Shown here one piece after another: positions 45,464 to 56,160 of a stretch of 64,000 bases of DNA. Both the position numbers and the translations under genes were made by a program. Each line of letters opens with the position of its first letter. Within the stretch, counting starts at the first letter, position 1. The notes below the pieces were generated by a model. That model had not been told where the DNA came from and ran no database searches. It worked only from the letters and a program-made list of their open reading frames with translations. The DNA is taken from contig CAMDWQ010000005.1 of assembly GCA_945877765.1 (NCBI GenBank), positions 604 through 64,603 of the forward strand, written 5' to 3'. This stretch comes from Candidatus Omnitrophota bacterium (GTDB lineage: Bacteria; Omnitrophota; Gorgyraeia; 2-02-FULL-51-18).

Positions 45464-47138
45464 GGGTTGTGACAGCACCCAAGGCTGCAGAAGACACAAG
45501 CCTGGAATACTTGGCAAGCACACCTGTACGAATTTTGGGAAAATAGGGTTTCAGTTTTTTTAAACGCGCTTTGATTTCCTTGTCGGAGAGCTCCACGCGA
45601 ATCGAAAGTTTTTTGGCGTCAATCTCAATCATGTCACCGTTTTGGAGAGCGGCTAACGGACCCCGTACCGCAGCTTCAGGCGCCACATGCCCCACCACAA
45701 AACCATGCGTGCCGCCCGAGAATCGTCCGTCCGTGATTAGAGCCACCGAATCGCCGAGTCCGGCACCAATAATGGCACTAGTGACTGCCAACATTTCACG
45801 CATTCCGGGACCGCCCTTGGGACCTTCGTAACGCACCACGATGACATCATTGGGTTTAATTTTTTTCGATAAAATGGCTTTCAAAGTTTCTTCTTCCGAA
45901 TTGTAGACGCGCGCGGGGCCGCGGTGCTTAAAAATTTTAAGTCCGCCGATTTTAGCCACAGCGCCTTCCGGTGCTAAATTTCCACGAATCACCACCAGGG
46001 GACCCGTCGGATAAAGTGGGTTTGAAAGCGGTCGAACGATATCATGGTCGGACACCGGCTTCACATCCCTTAGATTCTCGGCGACCGTTTTTCCGGTGAC
46101 TGTCATCGCATCCCCATGGATCAATTTGGCATCCAACAGCATTTTCATGACACCCGGAATACCGCCAACCTTATTCAAATCGCTCATCACGTACTTGCCG
46201 CTGGGTTTTAGATTGGCCAAATGCGGCACCCTTTTCGAAATCCGGTTAAAATCATCCAAAACAAGCTTCACGCGCGCCTCATTGGCAATCGCCATTAAGT
46301 GAAGCACCGCATTGGTCGACCCGCCAAGCGCCATCACCACCGTGATCGCATTTTCAAATGCCTTTTTGGTCAAAATATCCCGAGGAAGAATCTTGTTTTT
46401 AATCAGTTCAATGACGGCTTTACCCGCTTGGTGAGTATCCTGACGCTTCTGGTCACTCTCCGCATCCGCCGACGAACTAAACGGCAAGCTCATTCCCATC
46501 GCCTCAATCGCAGAAGCCATGGTGTTAGCCGTGTACATCCCGCCGCAAGACCCCGCTCCCGGACAGGCATTGCATTCCACGCCTTTAAATTGCTCTTTGG
46601 TAATTTTCCCAGCGCTGTAGGAGCCAACCGCCTCAAAAATACTGACAATATCAATATCCTTGCCTTCAAATTTACCCGGCTTGATCGTGCCGCCATACAC
46701 AAACACACTAGGAATATTCATCCGCGCAATCGCCATGAGAGCGCCCGGCATATTTTTATCACAGCCGCCAATCGCGACCAATCCATCAAAACGCTGCGCG
46801 CACGACACCACTTCGATGGAGTCCGCGATGACTTCGCGGCTAACCAAAGAATATTTCATCCCTTGAGTCCCCATCGAAATCCCGTCCGAAACCGTAATCG
46901 TGCCAAACGTCAGCGGCACCCCATTGCCCGCACGGACTCCCTCATCCGCCTTCCGTGCCAACTGGTCAATATGCATGTTGCAAGGCGTAAGATTACTCCA
47001 GGCGCTGGCGATACCAACAATCGCTTTCTGGAAATCAGCATCCTTAAATCCAACCGCCCGAAGCATCGCCCGATTCGGCGCGCGATAGTCTCCACCTGTG
47101 ATTTCGGAACTTCTTTGGTTTAAATGGTTTGTGGACAT
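45453..47138 (-). CDS. ilvD: dihydroxy-acid dehydratase
   Basis: 561 aa. 'CDKNMPG' and '[16 protein letters not shown]' IlvD/EDD signatures. Confidence 0.9.
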   Translation of the reverse strand: MSTNHLNQRSSEITGGDYRAPNRAMLRAVGFKDADFQKAIVGIASAWSNLTPCNMHIDQLARKADEGVRAGNGVPLTFGTITVSDGISMGTQGMKYSLVSREVIADSIEVVSCAQRFDGLVAIGGCDKNMPGALMAIARMNIPSVFVYGGTIKPGKFEGKDIDIVSIFEAVGSYSAGKITKEQFKGVECNACPGAGSCGGMYTANTMASAIEAMGMSLPFSSSADAESDQKRQDTHQAGKAVIELIKNKILPRDILTKKAFENAITVVMALGGSTNAVLHLMAIANEARVKLVLDDFNRISKRVPHLANLKPSGKYVMSDLNKVGGIPGVMKMLLDAKLIHGDAMTVTGKTVAENLRDVKPVSDHDIVRPLSNPLYPTGPLVVIRGNLAPEGAVAKIGGLKIFKHRGPARVYNSEEETLKAILSKKIKPNDVIVVRYEGPKGGPGMREMLAVTSAIIGAGLGDSVALITDGRFSGGTHGFVVGHVAPEAAVRGPLAALQNGDMIEIDAKKLSIRVELSDKEIKARLKKLKPYFPKIRTGVLAKYSRLVSSAALGAVTTHDL

Positions 47139-47208
47139 AGGGAGAATTATATCACGCCGAAAAAATTCTTCAATGAAAAGAGAAAAAGACGTTTAGGCCG
47201 AAGAAATT

Positions 47209-47328
47209 GGGGTCAGAGGGGTCAGACCCCCATGGCACCACCGCCCAGAATATACTCATATAAAATCATAACCAATTGAAATATATAAAGTTGTGTCGGT
47301 GCCATAGGGGTCTGACCCCTATGGCACC
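47209..47328. repeat. REPIN (two inverted 31-bp REP palindromes about 60 bp apart) immediately upstream of the RAYT gene
   Basis: 47209..47239 'ggggtcagaggggtcagacccccatggcacc' and 47298..47328 'ggtgccataggggtctgacccctatggcacc'. Confidence 0.65.
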
Positions 47329-47418
47329 TTTTTTAAAATAAAAGTGACGAAAACAAGGGGGTGCGTCGTCAAGTAGGGTGAGAGTCATTTAAAATTGAAC
47401 TTAAATTAGGGGGATATC

Positions 47419-47991
47419 ATGCCTAGGCCATCAAGAATGATTTACGAGGAAGCGTTTTATCATGTATTTAACCGTGGAGTTAATAAAATGCCTATATTTT
47501 TTGATGAATTAGATAATAAAATATTTATAAAAATATTGCGTCATGAAGCATTGGAAATGAATGTTCGTGTGTTTGCTTATTGTCTAATGCCGAACCATTA
47601 TCATTTATTCATCCAAACTAAAAATGCTAATTTGAATATATTCATGCAAAAATTGGCAGGTCGCTATGTCCAGTTAGTTAATTTCCGGCATAGCCGGGTT
47701 GGCGCATTGTTTCAAGGTAGATATCAAAATCGTCTGGTGGATATCGACTCGTACGCACTGAGGTTAACTAGGTATATTCATCTGAATCCGGTGATCGCTG
47801 GTTACGCCAAAAGGCCGCAGGACTATCCATGGTCCAGTTACAACAGTTATCGAGACAACCAAAATTCTTGGATATCGACTGACTTACCGCTAGAGCTTTT
47901 AGGTGGAAAAAATAAAGCTTCGTTTAGGCAATTTGAGAAGTTCCATGAAACGGTGCCAGAGGGGTCTGACCCCTATGGTACCGTGGTTTAG
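47419..47991 (+). CDS. REP-associated tyrosine transposase (RAYT, IS200/IS605-like Y1 transposase)
   Basis: HuH motif 'HYHLF'. 'YIHLNPV' family signature. 190 aa. The 3' end reads through another REP copy (47953..47982). Confidence 0.75.
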   Translation: MPRPSRMIYEEAFYHVFNRGVNKMPIFFDELDNKIFIKILRHEALEMNVRVFAYCLMPNHYHLFIQTKNANLNIFMQKLAGRYVQLVNFRHSRVGALFQGRYQNRLVDIDSYALRLTRYIHLNPVIAGYAKRPQDYPWSSYNSYRDNQNSWISTDLPLELLGGKNKASFRQFEKFHETVPEGSDPYGTVV

Positions 47992-50900
47992 GCGGCCTGG
48001 AGAAATTGGCGCTGCTGACTGGCGAGAAAACGCAGGGCCGTGCTGACGTCGACCTGGGTGAGCGCCCGCAAAGCCAATCGTGCGGCTAGTTGAAGCAACG
48101 CCCGGCCCAAGAGGACTTCCGTGAGTTCTTGGGTTTCGGGACGCAGTCCTGAAAGCGTCGCCCAGGCATCGTCAAACGGCTGAGGACGGTTTTTGGGATC
48201 CTTCAGACGGCCCAAAATGATGGCTAACTGCATGAAGCTAAATGATAACACGTCGCCATCGGCCACTTCTTTCACCGGCACGCGAAGCTCTTCTTGGAGA
48301 GCGGGCCTCTGCGGCGGACCAACACGCACCATCTCGGCTCCCACCAAGTCCTCGGGGGCAGATTCCAGAAAGAGACTACTATCCCAGCGGATCCAAGTAG
48401 CGGCATTGACGCCGACGGGAACCAAATAGACGTTTCGTCCCCATTCTTTCGATTTTATCGTATGTAAATACAGGATAAACGCTTCAAGGTACGCAGGACT
48501 TGCCATGTCCAGCCAGGCGGTGTTGATTTCTAAAATCACAGGCTTGGTGTGATCCACAATCACCGAATCCAAGAGCGAGTTGACGCGCCCTTCCACCGAA
48601 GAGGAAAGACTACTCAGCGCACTGATACTGTCCGCACCACGGCCACGACTGCGAATCAACTGCTCATACTGCCCGCGAGTTACCGTCAGAATAGATTTAC
48701 TGTAGCCACGAAGCCAAAGCTCGGCTTCCCCCTTCTTATTCATCCTGACATTTAATAGGGATGAATCTCGACCCCTAGCTGTCTCTACGGGGAAATCCGC
48801 CTCATTTTTTAATTGTGCTATTTCCCAGGTAGAAACCTTAAAAAGGTTCCTATTTTTTCGAATCAAACGGCGTAGATAGCTTTGTGACCGCGTAAGCGAA
48901 GACGCTGCACGGGCTCGAGGCCGACTGCTGGCCGACGACGCATTTTGCAAGCGTGATCGTGAAACATAAGGCTCGATAATAGATAAGCCGGCCAGTCGGG
49001 CGGCAACTGACGGAGAGACAAAAATAACAGTCTGCGTGAATTCATATGTTCCCCGCGGTGGCACTTTTATATAAAAAAACATCGCATCAGGCTTATTTCT
49101 GGTTAATTCTAATTCCTGGTCTCCGATATTCAGAATGCGCGTGGTAACGGTTGCATAATCATCCGTTAATGTAAACGTCCTATCAATCGTAAAATCTTGA
49201 TACTGGCGAGTCTCCAGCTCTAAATTGGAATTCATTGAAGTGGAAAGCTCCTCAAGGCGCATCTTAACAAATGCTGTGCCGTTGACACGGTTAGCGTCTA
49301 TCATCTTCCATTGCCCATTAAGCAGAGTTGGATATGCCCAAAAATGTCCATCCAATGTTTGGCCATTAACAGCGGTAGTATTCCAAAAAACAGGCATTGT
49401 CGCTCGAGCTGGGATCCGGAGCGAGCTCCTTCCCGATAGACTTATAAGCTTAATCCAATCTCTCCCATCACGCTTTTCAACCGGCAATACTCTCTTAGCT
49501 ATCGCAGATAAAATATTTCTTGCTAACTCACTATCTGTTTTTAGTGAGAGCTGCGTCGAAGATGCTTCTGGATTATTATCTGTTGGATTTGAAAACGATA
49601 AAAATTTGTGCATTTTTTTACCCTCTCTTTGAAAATCAAATTCAAGAGAGACAATCATTTGTTTTCCCCGCTGTCCGTGAGGGATACGAATGGTCAAGAG
49701 CCCATCCGTAAAATCGAAACTATCAAAAACGTATACATTGTTTGTAGATCCTGTAGCGCGTACGCCATGAACAAGCTCTCTAAAATTAGTGAAACGGCCA
49801 ATAGCTGCGATCAGCTCGTCACTAGTTATGCTCTGGACTTCATCATCAACCCATGCCGCCAACCGCGCAGCAACCGGAACCGCTGGAACCTGATAAGTCG
49901 CTTCACTTTGAAAATAACTGGTAGGCGCCGTCGGATTCATTTTGGAACCATAGGCAACCGCAAACAGATTCCCTTCTTTGGACTCATACATTTTGTCGCC
50001 ACTATCCATCGCGATTACTTTAAATCTAAATATGCCAGGTCGCTTAGCTTTTAGATTTAGAACATAGCGAAAGATGCCATCCTGGGAAAAATTCGGATCC
50101 CGAACCATATCAAATTCCGACTCAACCTCACGCTCATCCTCAGTATATTTCAACGTCACCTTCACAGAAGCAGCTGCTTCGGCCACATACGCTTCAATTA
50201 AAAATGGGGTTATCTCTGTATTGGCCGTATCCGTAAACCGATGCATTTCCTCGCGATCGTTTTCACTGTCGGGACTTGTGCGAACGATAAGATCTTCTTT
50301 TTTTTTCTCTAGATCTTTTTCTGAAAGCTCTTCCCTCTTGGCGAGCAATTTCTTAATCAGTGCTACGGCGCGTGTTACTTCCACGGGCACCGCCTGGCCA
50401 TCTTCGGTCACCGGATTTCCCTGTAAAGCGGCTCTGAGATTTTCAACAGTGATAGGTAACTTGTTTTCCCATTGGCCGGATTTTTTCCCCGCTACGTTTA
50501 TTTTGTTCTCCGGTCCATACGCTCCGAGGTCAAGCCAGTTGGGAACAAACATGAGCGAATCCGACATAAAGCTAAGCTCAAGCAATGCCTCTTGCACAGC
50601 GGAAGTCAATTCGCCTGACTCGGCTATGGAAGGGTCCAACCCCGTCATTTCAGGAAATTGCGCTCGGGCGATTTCTAAAAATGCTCTTCTTGTGCCTGTG
50701 TCGGTTTCATTCCAGTCACTGCGCATGGACTCTGAGTCATGAAGACTATAAGTCCTAAAAGCAACCGGCTGTGAGGAACGTGGATCATGAACATTTTCAC
50801 CATTCTCACTGGGCATTTTTCCCCACATGGAGCATACATAATCAAAAGCACCTAGATGAGGCTTTTTGAGCTGTTCCGACGTAAAACGCGCCAATGTCTC

Positions 50901-53900
50901 AAAGATCACCGACGTCCCCGCTTTTTTGGCCCGATCCAGAAGCTCTGAAAAAAGTTCCTCTCCCGGACCGTAATCGTAGGCAGCGACACGCAAGTTATCG
51001 TCGGCCTGGGGACCCTCGCCTTCGAAAAGATACTGAACAATTCCATTATCTATATCTTTATCAACCAAATCTCTTTTTCCATAACGATGGTCTGTCAGCC
51101 GGACATAATTCCACACCGGCCCCTGCCCGTAAACTTTTGGCTCCACCACATCATCCACACGGACCCATGGCGCCTCCAATCCTTGATACTTGTCATCTGC
51201 TTTTTTAGCCTCGCGCGCGACGTACATCATCGCGTACTCGGCCAAATGATCTTCGTCTGGATAAGCCAAGTCCACGAGCCTTTTGACCAAGGGATTGGCG
51301 GAAATTAATTCCGATGTTTTCAGCGCGTGTGCAAAAATCGCGGTAACTTTGGCGGCGGTCTGCTTCTTAATATTCTCCGCCTCAACTGGCTTTTGACTAG
51401 CCTCGGCCTTGGCGGCATCAACCATTGATCGCACTTGGTCATAGACCCCTAGACTCCCAAGAGTAAACTGACTTTCACCATCTTCCATATACAAATACGC
51501 CAAATAAAACCCAAGCACATGATCCAAGCGTATCGTGGTCGCCATTTTCTGGTAGTACTCAAAAAGCTTGATCATGTACGGCAGAGTATCCGGATGAGAC
51601 CAATCATAAGCAAAAAACTGCCAGTATTGACCAATGGGGTGCTTTTCCTCCGGTAGAGAGCCGTGCGTAAAAGGCCTTTGGTAACCATTTTCTTTTTTAA
51701 GACCGAAAATCTGGGGATTCATCCACACGTCAGCCCCGCCTCGGGCGAAAGGAATATCCATGGCGACTTGAATGCCATTTTCCTTAGCAACCGCCGCATA
51801 CTGATCAAATTGATCCCGCGCGACAAACTGGATAAACGAGCGAAGTTCAATCTCGCCTGCATATTTATTTTTCAAGCGCGCAATTTCATCCGCATTTCTA
51901 TCACTAATGAGTTCCTCCCAAGTTCTCCAATCCCAGCCATTAAATGGATTTTTACTTAGATGTTCTTCTTTGAGAATAAGAAATAGCATATGATCCGGTA
52001 GCCAGTCCGCGTGGTTGGCCTTAAACTCATCAAATTTTTGCTTGGTCTGGCTCTCTTTAAACCCAGCCGAATTTTTTAAAGAATCCCAAATAATTTCAAG
52101 GGCTTCTTTATTAAGCGCAATCACTTGGTCATGCTGAATCGTTTCGCTGTCGCTGAGGCTTTGAATTTGCTGAGCATGCGCTGTAACAAACTCGTCATAG
52201 GCTCTAAGATCCAGATCGCCGTTGAAAGATTCTTTTAGGGCGGCTACCAACATCGGAACGCTGATATAACGAAGGTCAATCGCTCGAGAACTATCCTCCG
52301 AATACGGCGAATTAAATGCCGCCGACCATATCAGTGGAAGGATCTGATGCATCGTCAATCCCATTTCTTTAAAAATAGGGATCATTTGAATAGCGGTCTG
52401 GAAATTTCCTATTCCCCAATCACCCTTGTGACGCAGATGGTGAAACGGCATGAAAGACCCTGTGATTCTCTTGCCGTATTCGACGGGAGAAATAAAATCT
52501 TTCGCTAGGGGCCTATCAACAACCTCAATCGCCGCCAAGCGCGCGCCATCAGCTTTCACCAATCCCGAATCGCGCAAGATGTCTTCAGGTTTAATGGCAG
52601 AGCCCATCATCATCAAATGCGCGCCTGTAACCCAAGGATAATCCCGACGAATTTTTTGGATTTGCTCAACAGCCTTGCGTCGACTAAATTTTTTGAAATT
52701 GTCATGTTTTTCAGTAGTATCTTTCTTCCACTCCGCTTCGTATTCACGCACAAGCCTAAAAGCCTCTTCATTTTTTCTCCAATTAATTCCCGTCAAATAC
52801 ATCCAAAATCGGATTCCCCATGGAGAAGCAAAAGCGGTAATACCCACATGAACTTTGATGTCTTTTGTGCGATCGTCCTCGTGAATTGCTTCCAAGTACT
52901 GTTCGAATGGCTCCCATAAGATTGGGGGCTGCGTAAATATGCCCTGAACATTTTTATGAGCCAGTCTTTCAGCGGTTTCCGCTGTAGGATATAAATTTGG
53001 ATTTGCAGCAGCATATAGTGAGATATTGTTAGCAGAGGGATTCATCAAATCTCTTGCCATTGAAGCTACGCTTTTCGATGAAACGGGCCATATTTCTGAG
53101 CCTGCCAAAAGATTTTTAAATAAACGTTGAGCTAACCCTCCTCCCGTGACTACAAATAATCCAATAATGTTTTGGTTTTCAGCGGCTAAGGAGATTACAG
53201 CTTCAAGACGCTTTATCAAACTATTTCTTCGACGCGCATTCGCCGCTATAGTCACAATGGTATTGAATTTGCTTCCGGCGGCCAACTCGAGAGTATCATC
53301 CGTTTTCACCAATCGCTTTCTGTAATTTTTAAAAACCTTCCAAAAGTCTAAGTTTCCGTTCATCTGGCTTTGATAAAATACATATAGATCTCTATCTTTC
53401 CACCAGGATTCAATTCCTTTTATGAAGAAAACGTGCTTAAGAATCGAGTCAACCACATGTGCCCATAAAAATTCAAGAGCTTGAAAACGTGCCGAGTAAG
53501 GTAGGTCTGTTAAAGTAAGTGCATACACGCCGAGTTTTTTTAATCGGTCCGGGCTACTGCTATTGAGCCCATTAGAACTCTCGACGGTGATAATAAAGCT
53601 ACTGTTTGCCTCCGCCAACCGCGCGCCCTCATCGCGAGCTTCCCTATGCTCGCGTCGCCATAGATTTCGCCTTGCTTTGTCGGTAGCCCTATTAAAATGA
53701 GGCCCCCCACCTTTCGATTTAGCCCCTACAAGTAATTCCGGCTCCCCTGCCAAAAATTTGCTCGCCATTTCGCGTGCAGAAATACGAGCTTCCTCTTTCA
53801 AATCTGATCCTGGTTGCTCTAATATTTTCAGTGTATTAAAAATGTTTATTTTTCCAGAATCATCAGCGCGCTCAAAAACTCGTTCGAGCATAATCAAAGC

Positions 53901-55961
53901 TATATGTTCTTGGGTGCTAGTCCGTTTTTCGGCATCGGGGGCAATACCTTTTACTGACTTGATTAGACACTCCACAGCTCTAGCCATCAAATCAGGCTCT
54001 AAAGCAGCAAAAAATATACTAATGCTCTTTCGATGGCTGGCCACAAAACCCCGCTGATCAAGATGCCCAACAATAAGCTCTATCGGTTTCAAAATTCTTC
54101 CGGAAAGGTTCTGCCGGGCTTTTACGTCCCGCTGCAATCGAGTCAATCTCCTTAAGGCTATGCCTCCATCCTTTTTATTTTGTATGTTACGAAGTTCGTC
54201 CTTTACCTCTATGTAGAGGGCAGAATATACGTTATCTTCTTTCTGCCGTTCCATACTTTTAGCAGCTAACCTCGCCCCCCGAGGGACCATTGTCCCCAAC
54301 CGCGCAGCAACAAGCGTTGTAACCAGCTGACCCTCAAAAACCTGCTGAGCACCCGGCACCGTTGCCAAGGTGGAGTCATTGTTCGAGGCGGTCTTGGTTT
54401 CCTGCTCGGATCCTGGGGCTAGCTGATCTAAGAGTATTTTTTCATATTTCTCTTTACTGGTTTCCTTGAGGATTCTCGGCACCACCACAACATAGGAAAT
54501 ACCGCGCGCCTGCAAAAGCTCTTTTAAATGCTCGGTATGAAACCCGCCGCAGACTAAAATGGCTTTTTTCTCCTGGTGGCGGTCCATTTGCTCCAACATG
54601 TTTTCAAGAAATGCCTTATCGCGCAGGAAGGTCAGGTCATAAAATTGCAGCGCCTTTTGGAAATCAACCCCCAACCGCTCATCCCACATCACCACGTCTT
54701 CCGCGGGAGACCCCGTAGCCATGATTTTTAAATTAAAAAAACCGGCAATATTTAGAAAGCTATAGTCGCTTGGGTTTTTTTGGATCTGGGTAAAATCGTC
54801 CTTGGAAAGCTCCAAGTTAAAAAGCCGCCTCAATACTTCCGAGGCACGGCAAGCGGCCAAAAGCTCTTTTTCATCACTTGTGCGCGCCAAAAGATTAAAG
54901 ACAATCTTTTCCAGCCCTTCTTTTTCTTTTAATACTTCGGCGGCGCTAAAAGCCCTCGACCTCATGACATATTCAATGCTTTTGGTCAGCTGGGGATAAA
55001 AAGAGGGGTTTGTATTTTTTTCTTTTAAGAGTGAGTAAAACGCGTCCTGCACTTGCGGATCCAACTTCGACCCATTCACTTTCATTTGCTCGGCAATTTC
55101 TACAAGGGGCTGACGCTCGCTGACTGAAAGTGAGGCGATTAATTGCGCCTGCTCGCTCTGGGCTTTTTCAAAATTGATTTGCTTCTCAAGCGTACGGATA
55201 TCTTGCATTTGGGCTAAGTGAGGAAATAATTCGAAAGACACGTTTAAGTTTTTTGCTTGAGCCGCTAGTGCGTCGAAATAGTCCGCGGAAGAGCTCTCTT
55301 GATTTAAAAAAGCATCCCGCCGGGCGTCCATTTGTTGAAGCAGAGGATTCCAAACCCTGGCGGTGAGAGTTTTTTTGGCGCGCCGGAGCCGGTCCAGAGA
55401 CTCATTTAAAAAAGGCCTGTCTTTTTTAAGATCGCGGTAAAGAGCCAAACCCTCCCAATAAAGTTTTTTATTTTCCACGCCCCATAAAGAAAATGTTTTG
55501 TCTGAGGTGAGATCTAGATAATCGGGTCCTTGAATCAAACCCCGGCGTAAAAAATCACGAGCAACTTGTTGTCTTTTTTCCGGCGTGGCAAAACGGCGCA
55601 GATAAGAAAGAGAATTGTTCCCCGTGCCGGCTTCTAAATAGACATGCTGGATCGATTCGCTGCTTAAAATCGTATCGATGGCTTTGGCGATGTTGAGACC
55701 GGCGGATTCATTGGTGTGTGCGTCGCGAATCAAAACGATTGATCGGTCCGCGTGCGGCGCTGTATATTTTTCTTCCATCAAGGCAACCGAGTCAGGAAGT
55801 GTGAATGTCAACTGCGGCGGAAACATCACTTGGCTAATTTCTGCGGGAGAGGCAAGCGCAAACTCTTGCCCAGCAAACGCCACCAGCAAAACCACAGAAA
55901 TGGTTTTGAGATAAAATTTAGACTTGTTGGGTCGTATATTTAATAGTCTTAATAAAGGCAA
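47988..55961 (-). CDS. giant modular protein (2657 aa): signal/anchor, an N-module shared with the first giant ORF, a GH77 (4-alpha-glucanotransferase/amylomaltase)-like module and other modules, separated by AARLA-type junction motifs
   Basis: Single 7974-nt ORF. N-terminus 'MPLLRLLNIRPNKSKFYLKTISVVLLVAFAGQEFALASPAE' parallels the N-terminus of ORF 14967..25130. GH77-like signatures 'WGIGNFQTAIQMIPIFKEMGLTMHQILPL', 'MDIPFARGGADVWMNPQIF', 'GQYWQFFAYDW' and 'IRLDHVLGF' at about 51200..52470. Confidence 0.7.
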   Translation of the reverse strand: MPLLRLLNIRPNKSKFYLKTISVVLLVAFAGQEFALASPAEISQVMFPPQLTFTLPDSVALMEEKYTAPHADRSIVLIRDAHTNESAGLNIAKAIDTILSSESIQHVYLEAGTGNNSLSYLRRFATPEKRQQVARDFLRRGLIQGPDYLDLTSDKTFSLWGVENKKLYWEGLALYRDLKKDRPFLNESLDRLRRAKKTLTARVWNPLLQQMDARRDAFLNQESSSADYFDALAAQAKNLNVSFELFPHLAQMQDIRTLEKQINFEKAQSEQAQLIASLSVSERQPLVEIAEQMKVNGSKLDPQVQDAFYSLLKEKNTNPSFYPQLTKSIEYVMRSRAFSAAEVLKEKEGLEKIVFNLLARTSDEKELLAACRASEVLRRLFNLELSKDDFTQIQKNPSDYSFLNIAGFFNLKIMATGSPAEDVVMWDERLGVDFQKALQFYDLTFLRDKAFLENMLEQMDRHQEKKAILVCGGFHTEHLKELLQARGISYVVVVPRILKETSKEKYEKILLDQLAPGSEQETKTASNNDSTLATVPGAQQVFEGQLVTTLVAARLGTMVPRGARLAAKSMERQKEDNVYSALYIEVKDELRNIQNKKDGGIALRRLTRLQRDVKARQNLSGRILKPIELIVGHLDQRGFVASHRKSISIFFAALEPDLMARAVECLIKSVKGIAPDAEKRTSTQEHIALIMLERVFERADDSGKINIFNTLKILEQPGSDLKEEARISAREMASKFLAGEPELLVGAKSKGGGPHFNRATDKARRNLWRREHREARDEGARLAEANSSFIITVESSNGLNSSSPDRLKKLGVYALTLTDLPYSARFQALEFLWAHVVDSILKHVFFIKGIESWWKDRDLYVFYQSQMNGNLDFWKVFKNYRKRLVKTDDTLELAAGSKFNTIVTIAANARRRNSLIKRLEAVISLAAENQNIIGLFVVTGGGLAQRLFKNLLAGSEIWPVSSKSVASMARDLMNPSANNISLYAAANPNLYPTAETAERLAHKNVQGIFTQPPILWEPFEQYLEAIHEDDRTKDIKVHVGITAFASPWGIRFWMYLTGINWRKNEEAFRLVREYEAEWKKDTTEKHDNFKKFSRRKAVEQIQKIRRDYPWVTGAHLMMMGSAIKPEDILRDSGLVKADGARLAAIEVVDRPLAKDFISPVEYGKRITGSFMPFHHLRHKGDWGIGNFQTAIQMIPIFKEMGLTMHQILPLIWSAAFNSPYSEDSSRAIDLRYISVPMLVAALKESFNGDLDLRAYDEFVTAHAQQIQSLSDSETIQHDQVIALNKEALEIIWDSLKNSAGFKESQTKQKFDEFKANHADWLPDHMLFLILKEEHLSKNPFNGWDWRTWEELISDRNADEIARLKNKYAGEIELRSFIQFVARDQFDQYAAVAKENGIQVAMDIPFARGGADVWMNPQIFGLKKENGYQRPFTHGSLPEEKHPIGQYWQFFAYDWSHPDTLPYMIKLFEYYQKMATTIRLDHVLGFYLAYLYMEDGESQFTLGSLGVYDQVRSMVDAAKAEASQKPVEAENIKKQTAAKVTAIFAHALKTSELISANPLVKRLVDLAYPDEDHLAEYAMMYVAREAKKADDKYQGLEAPWVRVDDVVEPKVYGQGPVWNYVRLTDHRYGKRDLVDKDIDNGIVQYLFEGEGPQADDNLRVAAYDYGPGEELFSELLDRAKKAGTSVIFETLARFTSEQLKKPHLGAFDYVCSMWGKMPSENGENVHDPRSSQPVAFRTYSLHDSESMRSDWNETDTGTRRAFLEIARAQFPEMTGLDPSIAESGELTSAVQEALLELSFMSDSLMFVPNWLDLGAYGPENKINVAGKKSGQWENKLPITVENLRAALQGNPVTEDGQAVPVEVTRAVALIKKLLAKREELSEKDLEKKKEDLIVRTSPDSENDREEMHRFTDTANTEITPFLIEAYVAEAAASVKVTLKYTEDEREVESEFDMVRDPNFSQDGIFRYVLNLKAKRPGIFRFKVIAMDSGDKMYESKEGNLFAVAYGSKMNPTAPTSYFQSEATYQVPAVPVAARLAAWVDDEVQSITSDELIAAIGRFTNFRELVHGVRATGSTNNVYVFDSFDFTDGLLTIRIPHGQRGKQMIVSLEFDFQREGKKMHKFLSFSNPTDNNPEASSTQLSLKTDSELARNILSAIAKRVLPVEKRDGRDWIKLISLSGRSSLRIPARATMPVFWNTTAVNGQTLDGHFWAYPTLLNGQWKMIDANRVNGTAFVKMRLEELSTSMNSNLELETRQYQDFTIDRTFTLTDDYATVTTRILNIGDQELELTRNKPDAMFFYIKVPPRGTYEFTQTVIFVSPSVAARLAGLSIIEPYVSRSRLQNASSASSRPRARAASSLTRSQSYLRRLIRKNRNLFKVSTWEIAQLKNEADFPVETARGRDSSLLNVRMNKKGEAELWLRGYSKSILTVTRGQYEQLIRSRGRGADSISALSSLSSSVEGRVNSLLDSVIVDHTKPVILEINTAWLDMASPAYLEAFILYLHTIKSKEWGRNVYLVPVGVNAATWIRWDSSLFLESAPEDLVGAEMVRVGPPQRPALQEELRVPVKEVADGDVLSFSFMQLAIILGRLKDPKNRPQPFDDAWATLSGLRPETQELTEVLLGRALLQLAARLALRALTQVDVSTALRFLASQQRQFLQAA

Positions 55962-56078
55962 ACAGCACGCCCCTTGGTAAAAAAATAGTGCCCGCCGGAT
56001 CGACGAATAGTTAAGGAATTATGCCTGATGTTTGGCTAATTATCAAATTATTAAGTCGATTAACTAATTAGCTCTAGA

Positions 56079-56150
56079 GTCATTCCCGAATGCTTTAATC
56101 GGGAATCAAACCTAGACATGATCCCCGATTAGAGATCTCGGGGATGACAA
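56079..56150. repeat. MITE family A copy upstream of the second giant ORF
   Basis: 'gtcattcccgaatgctttaatcgggaatcaaacctagacatgatccccgattagagatctcggggatgacaa'. Confidence 0.55.
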
Positions 56151-56160
56151 GCTTTTAGAG

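Noticed and set aside
46299-47123. 274-aa + strand ORF
   Set aside because: It is antisense to ilvD, Arg/His-rich and non-protein-like.
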